A DNA stretch of 64,000 bases from an uncultured virus (IMG/VR IMGVR_UViG_3300035130_000204) (lineage: Duplodnaviria > Heunggongvirae > Uroviricota > Caudoviricetes): the IMG/VR virus record IMGVR_UViG_3300035130_000204, one strand, 5' to 3'. How positions within the stretch are numbered: the first letter of the stretch is position 1; each line of letters starts with the position of its first letter. A model generated the notes under the pieces. The model made no database searches. It was given only the letters and a program-made list of their open reading frames with translations, and was not told the DNA's origin. Shown piece by piece: positions 9,435 to 18,759 of this stretch. A program made the translations under genes and the position numbers.

Positions 9435-9797
9435 TCACTGCCCAGACCTTCCCACCCAACTGCTCCACTGCGTAACCGCAACGGAAAGACGCAACGCACT
9501 CGAATGCTGCTCGAGCCACGACTCGCGTCCCAGGGCTTCGCGCAAGCACAGCACGGTCTTGAGCGACGGGTCCTTGTCTGCCTCATCGGCGCCGCGTCGA
9601 AGCATAAGCAGGTCAGATAATTTCGGTCCGCACTCTGGACAGAACGCGATCGGCCAATTTTCGATACCGTCGACCTTGAACTCGTGCTCCCAGCGCGGCT
9701 CGAGATCCACCTTGCGCGTCTGCCCGCAGCCGAAGCAGATCTCGACCATCCCATTGACGTCGCCTCGTAGACCCAGCTCGACCGCGGTCTTTGACAT
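9435..9797 (-). CDS. Zinc-finger protein
   Basis: CFGC...CPEC. Confidence 0.6.
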   Translation of the reverse strand: MSKTAVELGLRGDVNGMVEICFGCGQTRKVDLEPRWEHEFKVDGIENWPIAFCPECGPKLSDLLMLRRGADEADKDPSLKTVLCLREALGRESWLEQHSSALRLSVAVTQWSSWVGRSGQ

Positions 9798-9798
9798 C

Positions 9799-10452
9799 TC
9801 AAAGCCCCTTCTTCGGTGACGCTTTCTCGGCCCGCACGGCCGCCTCGACCACGAGCATGCTCGTATGCCGAATGCCCTGCGCCTTGCCCTCGAGAAAAGC
9901 GGCCTTACGCTGAATCGACGCGACGTCATCTGGGTGAAGATCAGGATGTAGCGCCCGCTGCTTGTCCTGTTGCGCCTCGGCCTCAAGCAGCGTGGCTCGC
10001 TCGTCTTGCATAGCAAGCAAGGTTACGGCGCCGTTACTGATGGAGTCCCAGTCAACGCTCGTCTCGACTTGTCTGTCTTCCGCCCACGCGCTGATCAGCT
10101 CGCCGTTCTCGGTTGGGTCATGACGCATCCTGAAGACGGCGATCTGGATGCCAATTTTCAACCCGCTCATCAGTCGGTCGCGAACGGTCGTTCCAGCTAG
10201 TGTCTCCTCGGTCAGCAAGTTGATCTCGTAAGACGACAGCCCCGCATCGCGCAACCATTCGACAAGGAGAGGGTTGGTCACGAGCATCGTCGTCGGAGAG
10301 TACCTCGAGACCCCCATGGGCATCCGGTGCTTACTGCGCGCCTTCACCTCTTCGCAAGTAACGGGGTCTTTTTTTTGAACTTGTTCGATGACGTCGCTGA
10401 CCTGGTCCCGGATATCGACCAGCCTTCTCAGGATACTCGCGTCCATCTCCAT
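9799..10452 (-). CDS. Hypothetical protein
   Basis: Start placed at MEMDASIL after GGAGGG, downstream of a promoter-like element. Confidence 0.65.
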   Translation of the reverse strand: MEMDASILRRLVDIRDQVSDVIEQVQKKDPVTCEEVKARSKHRMPMGVSRYSPTTMLVTNPLLVEWLRDAGLSSYEINLLTEETLAGTTVRDRLMSGLKIGIQIAVFRMRHDPTENGELISAWAEDRQVETSVDWDSISNGAVTLLAMQDERATLLEAEAQQDKQRALHPDLHPDDVASIQRKAAFLEGKAQGIRHTSMLVVEAAVRAEKASPKKGL

Positions 10453-10475
10453 CCCTCCCCAGTAGAGGCCAGATG

Positions 10476-10500
10476 TAACATATGCTATGTCTGACGACAA
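10476..10500 (-). promoter_or_regulatory. Promoter with TAGCAYRTGYTA operator-like palindrome
   Basis: Minus strand TTGTCG-N7-TAGCATATGTTA-CATC; weaker -35 than the other copies. Confidence 0.45.
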
Positions 10501-10513
10501 GAGGAAAAGTTTG

Positions 10514-10789
10514 TCACTCGGAACGTTCGAGGGGACGCCACACCGAGTCCAGCTCATGCCAATCGGCACACGCCTCGGTTGGCTTCATGCCCATCAGATC
10601 AGAGCTGATGGCACAGCAGCGACGGCCACGGTACATGATCCAGAACGAACAGGTCTGGCACTGCTCTTCGACCTCGACCTGTTCCCAGGCGTCACAGCTG
10701 TCCGACCACTTGGTCTCCTCGCCGTCGCAGTCACCCACCCAACACTTGCCGCAATCGTAGTGATTACAGCTGGCACAACACTGTCGCAT
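10514..10789 (-). CDS. Small Cys-rich repeat protein
   Basis: Two CxxC...C...C repeats. Confidence 0.55.
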   Translation of the reverse strand: MRQCCASCNHYDCGKCWVGDCDGEETKWSDSCDAWEQVEVEEQCQTCSFWIMYRGRRCCAISSDLMGMKPTEACADWHELDSVWRPLERSE

Positions 10790-10956
10790 TACACCCCCCA
10801 GTCAGACCGCTGGCCTGCCTTGGCGCCTGGGAAGGCCAGCACGCGCTTGACTTTGCCGCTCTTGCACTTTGGGCACAAAGGGACCTCCTTGCCGCGCACC
10901 AGCTCCTCGAACCTGTGGCCGCAGTCCTCACACTTGAAGTCGCGCAGCATCTCCAT
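10789..10956 (-). CDS. FmdB-family zinc-ribbon protein
   Basis: RDFKCEDCGHRFEELV...CPKCKSGKVKRV. Confidence 0.75.
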   Translation of the reverse strand: MEMLRDFKCEDCGHRFEELVRGKEVPLCPKCKSGKVKRVLAFPGAKAGQRSDWGV

Positions 10957-10967
10957 CACGCACCTCC

Positions 10968-11456
10968 TCAAACAGGAAGATCGCCGTCTTCTTCGTCCTG
11001 AGGATTCTCTTCGCCAGCTGACACGTCAAGCTCTAGCTGCTCGACCGGCTTGTATTTGATGGACACGCGGTAGTAGCTCGTAGCACGCAAGAGCGCAGCT
11101 GCGCTGTTGAGCCCTGCGCGGAGCTGCCTCTTGACGTGATCGGGCTCCGCCTCATTGCTTGGCACGATAACGATGGACCCGAAGTGTTCTTGGCCATTCG
11201 GAAGCGCAAAAGGTCCCCGGGCGGTGAGCGACACGGCCCGTGCCCACTCGCTGGCGCCGTCGACGTCCGCAGACAGGGAAAAGGTGTCCAGGGCGCGGCC
11301 TAGGTCTCGCAAGCATCGCGAGATGTTCGTCGGATCGTCATCCTTAGGACGTAGCCTAGCCGTGAAGCAGTAGGCCGTCTCTCTTTCCTCGCCAAGCTCG
11401 GCCGTCCCTATCGCGAGCAGCACATTGTTGTTCTTGAGCTTCGCCATCTGCCTCAT
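10968..11456 (-). CDS. Hypothetical protein
   Basis: GGAGG RBS; acidic C-terminus. Confidence 0.6.
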   Translation of the reverse strand: MRQMAKLKNNNVLLAIGTAELGEERETAYCFTARLRPKDDDPTNISRCLRDLGRALDTFSLSADVDGASEWARAVSLTARGPFALPNGQEHFGSIVIVPSNEAEPDHVKRQLRAGLNSAAALLRATSYYRVSIKYKPVEQLELDVSAGEENPQDEEDGDLPV

Positions 11457-11716
11457 GCCTCCCTGTGTTGCATGGCTACATAGACTTTCCGAATAGGGAC
11501 CTGCCCCTCGGAAGGGTTGTGCTTCCATGGGCGGAGGATATTCGTTGCGCGCAACCTGCCCGCATCAGCCAGGCTGCATATGTGATCATGAACCATCCTT
11601 ACCGGGAGCAAGATCTCGTCAGCAACCTCCGAAGCGCTTGCTCCTACCTGCTCGTACTGCGCGATGCAGCTCATGACCTGATCGACTACTGGAACCGTCG
11701 TCTTCTTCTTGGTCAT
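11453..11716 (-). CDS. Winged-helix DNA-binding protein
   Basis: GASASEVADEI...VHDHICSLADAGRLR; resembles 47506..48072. Confidence 0.55.
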   Translation of the reverse strand: MTKKKTTVPVVDQVMSCIAQYEQVGASASEVADEILLPVRMVHDHICSLADAGRLRATNILRPWKHNPSEGQVPIRKVYVAMQHREA

Positions 11717-11725
11717 CGCCCTACC

Positions 11726-12211
11726 TCAGAATGGAACGTCGTCATCGTACGTTTCCATCCCGCCGTCAGATGCCGCCTCATCATCGTGCTGCTGCGGCTC
11801 TGGTGCAGCAACATCTGCCTGTACTCCATCCGACGTCGACTTGTTTTTTTCCTCTTCCTGTTCTGCAACGCCTTGAGCAGCCTTGAGACCCTTGGGAAAC
11901 AGGATGATCGTCGCGCCCACTTCAACCTCCGTGACGTATCGCTTCACGCCATCTTTACCGACATAGCTCCGATTATTGAGGCGCCCCTCGATATAGACAG
12001 GAACACCCGATTTGAGCTTCTTCTCGAGGTACGGCACGCGCTTGCCCCGAAGGACACAGTTGTGCCAGCTCGTCGCGGTTTTGTAGCCGTTCGGTGTCCA
12101 TCGCCTCTCGTTGACGGCAAGCGTAAACTTGAGCAACGGAAACTCGACAGGCGCACGTTGAGCGTCTCGGCCGACATGACCGACAAGAGTGACTTTGTTG
12201 ACACCTTCCAC
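11726..12211 (-). CDS. ssb: Single-stranded DNA-binding protein
   Basis: VNKVTLVGHVGRD, SWHNCV, VYIEGRL, C-terminal DDDVPF. Confidence 0.95.
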   Translation of the reverse strand: MEGVNKVTLVGHVGRDAQRAPVEFPLLKFTLAVNERRWTPNGYKTATSWHNCVLRGKRVPYLEKKLKSGVPVYIEGRLNNRSYVGKDGVKRYVTEVEVGATIILFPKGLKAAQGVAEQEEEKNKSTSDGVQADVAAPEPQQHDDEAASDGGMETYDDDVPF

Positions 12212-12240
12212 CTATTCCCCTGAGACGAATCTTCAGGATT

Positions 12241-12507
12241 TCAGGTGGCATCAACGATCTGCAGCTGCATTCTCGCTGCTTCTTTGGCTTCATGCGGCAA
12301 CTTTGCCTGGCACTTGCTGCGAGGGCACGTTATGATTGTTCGGCTGGGCGGCTTGTCGGATGGCCATTTTTCACCCGGCCTCGGCAGAGGCCATTCTCTT
12401 GAGTGCTTGCCGCAAACCTGACGTCCACAGTAATCGCAGGTCATCTCAGCCCACGCCCCGCAGACCAGACAGACGTCGTTGCAGCCGCACTTCCGCTTCT
12501 TCCCCAT
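12241..12507 (-). CDS. Cys-rich zinc-finger protein
   Basis: CLVC..CDYC..CGKH. Confidence 0.6.
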   Translation of the reverse strand: MGKKRKCGCNDVCLVCGAWAEMTCDYCGRQVCGKHSREWPLPRPGEKWPSDKPPSRTIITCPRSKCQAKLPHEAKEAARMQLQIVDAT

Positions 12508-12528
12508 TGCTATCCCCTCACATCGGAC

Positions 12529-12574
12529 TTGACGCCAGACGCCCGATGTAGCATATGCTAGATTTCTGTGTCAA
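12529..12574. promoter_or_regulatory. Divergent promoter region with central palindrome TAGCATATGCTA
   Basis: Minus: TTGACA(12574-12569)-N8-TAGCATATGCTA; plus: TTGACG at 12529-12534; lies at a strand switch. Confidence 0.65.
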
Positions 12575-12617
12575 CAATGAAGAGCCTAGGCGGATCGGCT
12601 GATGGACGGACAGGCTG

Positions 12618-13448
12618 ATGGACGGACAGAAGGTATTGAAGTACGCTCTGAACCTCGCCGACCTGATGCGCAAGGCCTCGGTTCTGCTGGGGGAAGCATC
12701 GCGGCAGACGGAGCCCCTTTTGGTACCTGTACAAGCCTCAGCTCGAACCGATGAGGATCACTTCGACTCTGACAACCTGTACACCATCGGGTTGGATGAC
12801 ACGGGCATCATGGCGATCATCATCGAGCTGAGCCAGGACCGCACCAACTTCAAGGTCTGGACTCCATACGACGAAGGTTACGTCGACGCGCTCAAGCATA
12901 GCGTACCGAAGGCAGCTCGCGAATTCGACTGGGACGAGCGCTGCTGGCGCGTCGACGTCGAGTGGTTCGGCAACGTGCAGCACCTGCTGCTCGACCACTT
13001 CCCTAATGTAGACCGCCGCTACACCGACCGCGCGGTTCGGATGCTCGAAGCCATCGCCGAGCAGGACCTCGAGGACGAAGAGCGGGCCAAGCGAGAACAC
13101 GAAGCCAGCCGCCAACGCGTCCACGATCGCCGTGCCCAGCGCGCCTACGATCAGTACCGCGAGACTGCACAGCGGGCTCGCGACCGTGCCAACCGCGACT
13201 ACGAAAGGGCTAGGCGGCGCACCCACAGCTCGTACACTGGCGACCCTGACGAATGGCAGGAGACCGACGGCGAGGACCCCTACAAAATCCTCGGCGTCCA
13301 GCATGACGCTCCTGACGAAGTCGTCCGAGCCGCTTATAAGGCGCAAGCGCGCAAGCACCACACCGACCTCGGCGGCGATCATGAGTCCATGGCGCGCATT
13401 AACGCCGCTTTCGAGGCCATCGGGAGGGCACGAGGATGGAAGAGCTGA
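12618..13448 (+). CDS. Protein with HARP-like segment and C-terminal J-domain (HTD instead of HPD)
   Basis: DPYKILGV...VRAAYKAQARKHHTDLGGD...MARINAAF; PYDEGYVDALK...FDWDERCWRV. Confidence 0.75.
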   Translation: MDGQKVLKYALNLADLMRKASVLLGEASRQTEPLLVPVQASARTDEDHFDSDNLYTIGLDDTGIMAIIIELSQDRTNFKVWTPYDEGYVDALKHSVPKAAREFDWDERCWRVDVEWFGNVQHLLLDHFPNVDRRYTDRAVRMLEAIAEQDLEDEERAKREHEASRQRVHDRRAQRAYDQYRETAQRARDRANRDYERARRRTHSSYTGDPDEWQETDGEDPYKILGVQHDAPDEVVRAAYKAQARKHHTDLGGDHESMARINAAFEAIGRARGWKS

Positions 13449-14002
13449 ATCTGAGCACCGTCGACCGCGAAGAGCTGGAGGCCTTCACGGCCCAGGCACT
13501 CGCCAGGCTGGGCAACCTCGAAGGAACCATTCAGAATCTGGAGGAGCAGCTGCAGGTCGACCCTGGCGTCATCGACAGCTGGCGCGACTGGTGCGCGACC
13601 GTCGAAGAGGAGCGCAAGAAGTGGGCAGACACCGCCACCGAGCTGGAACGTAAGCTCCAGGCCGAGCGCAAGGAGAACTCCAGGCTGTTCCAGGCCGTCA
13701 AGGACCTGACAGTCGGCATGGAGCGCATTCACGACGCTGCCAGGCGCGTCAAAAACCCCAAGGCTCGTACTCTGGACCTGAAGCGCGCCATAGACAGTAT
13801 CCACGAGCAGGCCGGCGCGGCCATGGCAGATGCCTACAATGAGGTCCTCGGATATCCTCAGGACATCGACGACCAAAAGATTCGCCAGGCGTATCGCCCG
13901 GATCGCGTACAGATTGTCACGAACAAAGCAGGTATTTGGGTGTCGCCCGAAGACGAGGCGGCGCTGGAAGAACACAAGCCGCGTCCTGAGGACGCAAAGT
14001 AA
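13436..14002 (+). CDS. Coiled-coil hypothetical protein
   Basis: Heptad-rich 188 aa. Confidence 0.65.
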   Translation: MEELNLSTVDREELEAFTAQALARLGNLEGTIQNLEEQLQVDPGVIDSWRDWCATVEEERKKWADTATELERKLQAERKENSRLFQAVKDLTVGMERIHDAARRVKNPKARTLDLKRAIDSIHEQAGAAMADAYNEVLGYPQDIDDQKIRQAYRPDRVQIVTNKAGIWVSPEDEAALEEHKPRPEDAK

Positions 14003-14013
14003 CAGGAGGCCCC

Positions 14014-14418
14014 ATGAGCAAAACGACCGAGATGGAGGAGAAGGCCCAGAAGCTCCTCAACGAGTGCATCGGCATCATCTGCGACCTGCCCGTCAGCGAC
14101 CCGAAGTTCGTCGCCGAGGCCACTGGCGGCAAGATCGAATTCAGCGACGGCACCCTGATGGATTCCAGCCAAGGCGAGCTGTACGCCAAGGCCCTCGTGC
14201 CGACGCTCAAGTGGCTGCTCGAGCCCACCGACACAAAGCCGACCCGTAGACGCAGGGCCGTCAGCAAGCCCGCCCAGAAGCCAGACAAGGGCAATGGTGC
14301 GGACGCTTCAGGCTCGACCACCAAGGGCGCAACCACGCCGCGCAAGAAGAAGAACACCAGCAACAAGACCGATGGCGACACGACCACCGACAGCGACCAG
14401 AGCGACCTGCCCGTCTAG
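14014..14418 (+). CDS. Hypothetical protein with basic disordered tail
   Basis: AGGAGG RBS. Confidence 0.65.
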   Translation: MSKTTEMEEKAQKLLNECIGIICDLPVSDPKFVAEATGGKIEFSDGTLMDSSQGELYAKALVPTLKWLLEPTDTKPTRRRRAVSKPAQKPDKGNGADASGSTTKGATTPRKKKNTSNKTDGDTTTDSDQSDLPV

Positions 14419-14456
14419 CTTGGCCCTCAAAGCCCTATCGTAGTACCATCTCACCA

Positions 14457-14939
14457 GTGCCCGTAATGCTCAAAACCATTGACGGAAGAGATGCTATCGT
14501 CGTCGACGACGCGGTGCCGCGGGGGTTTTTGCCATACCTGCTGCAGACCTTTGGCAAGGCCGAACAGCGCTGCGGTTTCCCGCTTCCAACAGTGAACGTC
14601 TTCGTAGACTGCTCCCACGCCCGAAGCGACCGCAATTTCGCTGGCATCATCGTGGGGCGCCCGACAGAGCTATACCTGTGCGAAGACCTGCTTGAACAGC
14701 CGCCAAGTCGCATCCGAGGTGTACTCTGGCACGAGGTGGGGCACGTCATCGACAAGTTCGCTCCAGGGTCTTGGAGAAGGTACTCAGGACTCAAAGGTCT
14801 TGACGAGGAGCAATGGACCGACGCCGCAGCAGAAACCTTCTGCGGTGTGAAGATTTTTTACGACGAGGGCTGGGTGCAACGGGTGGGACCAGGTCACTCA
14901 CAGAGCTGGACGAGGCCACGTCCAAGAGGGTTGAGGTAG
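14457..14939 (+). CDS. HExxH zinc metallopeptidase-like protein
   Basis: VLWHEVGHVID...EEQWTDAAAE. Confidence 0.6.
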   Translation: MPVMLKTIDGRDAIVVDDAVPRGFLPYLLQTFGKAEQRCGFPLPTVNVFVDCSHARSDRNFAGIIVGRPTELYLCEDLLEQPPSRIRGVLWHEVGHVIDKFAPGSWRRYSGLKGLDEEQWTDAAAETFCGVKIFYDEGWVQRVGPGHSQSWTRPRPRGLR

Positions 14940-14942
14940 CTC

Positions 14943-15710
14943 ATGTCGACAATTCACGTTCGCAACGTCATTGGTACCGGTCCGTTCCTGCTGCCGACCA
15001 GCGGCGCCATGCTTGATGCAGCAAGCGCTCAATGGCGCACGATTCTCGATGGCCTCGCCGACTTCCAGTACGAGTCTGCTTACTCCATGGTGATCAACCA
15101 GCCCGGCACCTCGATAGAAGAGCAAGTCCTCGTCGTAGAGACGTGGGACTACGAGCACGACATCTGCAAGCCTGGTTCGACTGTCGAGCAGCTGCGAGCA
15201 GCAATCGAGGGCTCGCTTACGGCTCACACCAACATCACAAGCTTCGGCAATGTAGACATCCAGATGTGGCGTCAGGGCGCGTTCTACGAGCAAGCACCAC
15301 GCATCGAGCGTGTCGATCGCCAGACGGGCACAGTATACTTTGCGGACCGCGTTCCGCCTGGAGCACAAATCGAGGTCTACAAGTTCACCAGGCACCCGCC
15401 GAAGAGCGACCACGAGGGCTCTGGCGGCTACCCTGCACGGATCGGCAACCGCTACCGACCTGACCGTATGCTCGCTGTTGGAGCTACCTCCTGGACCGTC
15501 CCTGGGTCGCTACAGAATCTTCAGCACGGGCGACAGCAATTCAAGTTTGCCTACCGTTGGCCCATGCCCCCGAACACGCCAGCACCTGCGCCAGGAATCA
15601 GAGGGCCGCTCTCGCCGACTGGCATCTCGACAGCCACGCTTGGTGAACGAGCTTGGGGCAGCACCATCTTCATCTTCCCATCCCCGCGTAGCCCCAAAGG
15701 CAGCGAGTAG
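14943..15710 (+). CDS. Probable virion protein sharing the N-terminal domain of the fibre proteins
   Basis: MSTIHVRNVIGTGPFLLPT...AAIEGSLTAHTNITS aligns with MSNIFVTDIIGTSTYAVPT...AAIEAALEADANITS. Confidence 0.65.
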   Translation: MSTIHVRNVIGTGPFLLPTSGAMLDAASAQWRTILDGLADFQYESAYSMVINQPGTSIEEQVLVVETWDYEHDICKPGSTVEQLRAAIEGSLTAHTNITSFGNVDIQMWRQGAFYEQAPRIERVDRQTGTVYFADRVPPGAQIEVYKFTRHPPKSDHEGSGGYPARIGNRYRPDRMLAVGATSWTVPGSLQNLQHGRQQFKFAYRWPMPPNTPAPAPGIRGPLSPTGISTATLGERAWGSTIFIFPSPRSPKGSE

Positions 15711-15715
15711 CATGC

Positions 15716-15744
15716 TTGACAGGTTGTTCTGAGTAGGCCACCAT
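15716..15744 (+). promoter_or_regulatory. Putative sigma70-type promoter for the intergenic RNA
   Basis: TTGACA-N17-CACCAT. Confidence 0.5.
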
Positions 15745-15750
15745 CGTTGA

Positions 15751-16060
15751 TGGATATGGTGACCTCGGTCATCATATCTGGCGCGAGGGGACCTTGAGAG
15801 GACCTCTAGCCTTCGGGCAAGGAGACTTTGACGGTTCCTCTAGCCTCCGGGCAAGGGAACGTTGAGGGTTCCTCTGGCGTCTCGAGTGCCCGTCCTTAAG
15901 ACGGACCCTGGAGACGCCAGACATCGCGCCAGTTGCTCGCCCTGTTTGCGCGGCGCCCGATGCGTCGCTTGCGTGCAGCGACCTGGACGTCGCGCAAGCA
16001 CGGCGACAGCAGATAGCCAAGCCTAAGACGAGGCGCCCCGCGGGGCGCCTCGTCGCTTTA
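15751..16060 (+). ncRNA. Unclassified highly structured non-coding RNA
   Basis: Several long nested helices with G-U pairs on the plus strand, a duplicated UUCG-type hairpin, and flanking promoter and terminator; no credible ORF. Confidence 0.65.
16027..16059. terminator. GC-rich hairpin, probable terminator between convergent transcripts
   Basis: Perfect 28-bp palindrome GACGAGGCGCCCCGCGGGGCGCCTCGTC followed by GCTTT. Confidence 0.6.
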
Positions 16061-16071
16061 TGGTGGGGAGA

Positions 16072-18747
16072 TCAGGTGTCGATCAGGCCGTGCGTACGAA
16101 GCATCGCCAATATGTCGTTGACCTTATTCCGACACGTCGTGTCCACACCAGTCTGAGCAGGCGTGCCAACGTCAGCAATAGCCGACTGCTGTGCGGTTAC
16201 CACCTGCGTTCCATTCACGCGATAAACATATCCTGAACCCAGGTTGATGTCATCGCCCGCGTCAATAGCGTAGTTTACGCTCGGGGAAGCATTCTTGCAT
16301 CCCAGCACTCCGTCGAACCTGTTCTTCATCGTACTGCCAAGCTGATATACACCCCAACCCGCAGTCACGTCAGTATCGGTGCGCAAATCCTCTACGTACA
16401 GACCATATGCGTCACCGATTCCCCCCGCTGCAGAGGTTGGAGCGTTGACGTACACCCCAGCAGCGTCGGAGATATCGTTTGTTGTGCTCGTGTTGCTAAT
16501 GTCTATGTCAACGCCTCTGAAGTCGTTTATTCCGGTACCTGTTGCACCACTGTATTCCAGCTCAACGTGCACACCTGCAGCCGAAGCCACGGAGCCCGTC
16601 TCTGCCCGCTCCACCCTGAGTTGTACATTCGACTCGGGATCTGCACCGACCCCTGTTCTTCCTGCAAAAAAGTTCAAGTCGTTAAGCGACGCGTTAAAGA
16701 AAGCGTAGGTTGTCGCCCCAGAGGCAGGCCCCGTTGCCAGAGTCGAACAGTTAAAACCGATGTATGTGTTAACTGTTCCAGTGCCAGACGGCGATGCCGC
16801 GTCGAACGCGTACAAAGTGCTGACCGTGTTGGTATCAATTTCGGCATCAACTGCTACGCCACGCCAAAGCGTTTTTGCCGCCGCTGTGTCTAGCAGGACC
16901 TGTACACCACTGCTTCCACCAGCAATAGTACGTGTGTCTTCGACGTGCAAAATCGAGGTGCCTACTTCCAAAGATCCGACGGAAGTCCTCCCTCTTAGGT
17001 AGTTTTGATCATCTGCGCCAGATTGATAAATACCGTACGGCGTGATGCCGCTCGCAGAACCCGTCTTCAGCGACGGGATGAAGATTGCGGTGAGGCCGCC
17101 GATGCTTCCACCGGCACCAGGTGCGTTGAACGACAGCCCGATGCACTGAGTGACCGTGCCGGCAGTAACGTCGGGATCGATGGTGATGCCGTTCCAAGAA
17201 GTCTTCGTCCCTGCTCCTGTCTTGTCTAGCTTGACCGTGATGTTCGCTCGCGAGGTAGTGTCTGTTTCGTCGGTGAACAGCGTCTCGCCATTGAAGTAGT
17301 TCTCGTCGCCCGAGCCATCTTGGTATATTCCGTACGACGTCGTTGCAGCGGACTGGTCACCGATGAGCACCCCGTAGGCAGCTGTCACCGTTCCGGTCGC
17401 CGTCAAATCACGGACGTAGAGCCCGGCAGTAGCGGACAACGTGTCGCCCGAGCTGGCCACCGCTTCGGTGTCAAAACCTACGTAGTTGTTCACGTTGCCA
17501 TTGGTCACTAGCTCAGCTCGAACGCCTATCTCATCGGAGTCGCTGAACACCTGCACGCGATACGCCGAGGTTGGTGAGATTCCATACCCAGTCCGTCCGT
17601 TGAAGCGGTTTTTTGCGTTTTGGCTGTTCTGATATATGCCCCAGTTATTTGTGATCGAAGGCTCCGCATCCGCGTCACCCAAATAGATTTGGTAGACAGT
17701 ATTGATTTGGCCCGAGCCTTCCCAGTCATCGATGATGATGCCGTATGCTGTCGTACAGTCGTCGTTGAAGTCGGCGACGACCTCAAGGCCCTTCCAGCTC
17801 GTGATGGCTCCGCCTCCTGTTTCAAGCTCGGTCCTGATGCCGACGGGCGATCCGCTCGACTCGCCGCAGTAGACCCGCAGATGCTCGGCACCCGAGATCG
17901 TCGTCGTGCCGACGGCCGTGTCACCCAGAAAGACGTTTACGTCGTCCGTGCCGTCCTGGTAGATGCCGTACGACGTCGAGCCCCCCTGGTCGCGGACGCG
18001 AAGTCCATAGACCGTAGTGGAACCCTGGTCCTGATCCTCGATGTCGATGCCGTAGGCCGTCGTCACCGTGCCGACGGTGCTCGTGTTCTCTAGATGTACG
18101 CCACGGTAGGTGCCAATAGAAGCTCCAGAGAATCCAATGCTGACGTCGCCATGAAAGCTCGCGGCCTCAGTCAGTGTGCCGGCTGCAACAGTGAGTGAAA
18201 GATCCGAGTCGAAGCCGATCACGTCAGTGATTGTGCCAGCACTGGCCAAGCTCAGCCTGGAGACGTACCCCTGCCAACTCGCCTTCGTTGCGGTAACGGC
18301 CGCGTCGCCGGTAACAAATACGCCAGCCGTAGCTGCTGTAGTGCTCAGGTCATCGCCAATGTTCACGACTATGGCAGACCCAGGAGCCCTCCTCACGCCC
18401 AGGGTCCCACTATCGATCAGTGCGTCGCCAGCAACACGAAATCTCTCAGTACCCGACATCGCGTTGGCGCCAACGACCACGTCGTCAGTACTGAAAGTGC
18501 TCGGATACAGAACTCCAGCAGCCTCGCTCCAAGGGCTAGAGCCGCCGCTACCGCCTACGGCAATCCACGACGTGCCATCCCACATCTTGAGCTGGCTGTT
18601 TGCGCTGTCGTAGTACAGGTAACCCCGTGCCTGATTGTATGTTCCCGAGGTGAAGAACAAATTGGCATCGCCGTCTGGCGTTCCACCTCCTCCAGTCCCG
18701 TCGTATGCGCCAATATAGTGCTGAAGGTCTCCGCCTGCCGTTGCCAT
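16072..18747 (-). CDS. Fibre/spike-like virion protein with beta-repeat shaft
   Basis: 891 aa, G/T/S-rich, repeated YGIYQ.G.D.N.F units; C-terminal YRVNGTQVVTAQQSAI...ILAMLRTHGLI typical of fibre ends. Confidence 0.75.
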   Translation of the reverse strand: MATAGGDLQHYIGAYDGTGGGGTPDGDANLFFTSGTYNQARGYLYYDSANSQLKMWDGTSWIAVGGSGGSSPWSEAAGVLYPSTFSTDDVVVGANAMSGTERFRVAGDALIDSGTLGVRRAPGSAIVVNIGDDLSTTAATAGVFVTGDAAVTATKASWQGYVSRLSLASAGTITDVIGFDSDLSLTVAAGTLTEAASFHGDVSIGFSGASIGTYRGVHLENTSTVGTVTTAYGIDIEDQDQGSTTVYGLRVRDQGGSTSYGIYQDGTDDVNVFLGDTAVGTTTISGAEHLRVYCGESSGSPVGIRTELETGGGAITSWKGLEVVADFNDDCTTAYGIIIDDWEGSGQINTVYQIYLGDADAEPSITNNWGIYQNSQNAKNRFNGRTGYGISPTSAYRVQVFSDSDEIGVRAELVTNGNVNNYVGFDTEAVASSGDTLSATAGLYVRDLTATGTVTAAYGVLIGDQSAATTSYGIYQDGSGDENYFNGETLFTDETDTTSRANITVKLDKTGAGTKTSWNGITIDPDVTAGTVTQCIGLSFNAPGAGGSIGGLTAIFIPSLKTGSASGITPYGIYQSGADDQNYLRGRTSVGSLEVGTSILHVEDTRTIAGGSSGVQVLLDTAAAKTLWRGVAVDAEIDTNTVSTLYAFDAASPSGTGTVNTYIGFNCSTLATGPASGATTYAFFNASLNDLNFFAGRTGVGADPESNVQLRVERAETGSVASAAGVHVELEYSGATGTGINDFRGVDIDISNTSTTNDISDAAGVYVNAPTSAAGGIGDAYGLYVEDLRTDTDVTAGWGVYQLGSTMKNRFDGVLGCKNASPSVNYAIDAGDDINLGSGYVYRVNGTQVVTAQQSAIADVGTPAQTGVDTTCRNKVNDILAMLRTHGLIDT

Positions 18748-18759
18748 GACTCACCTCTC

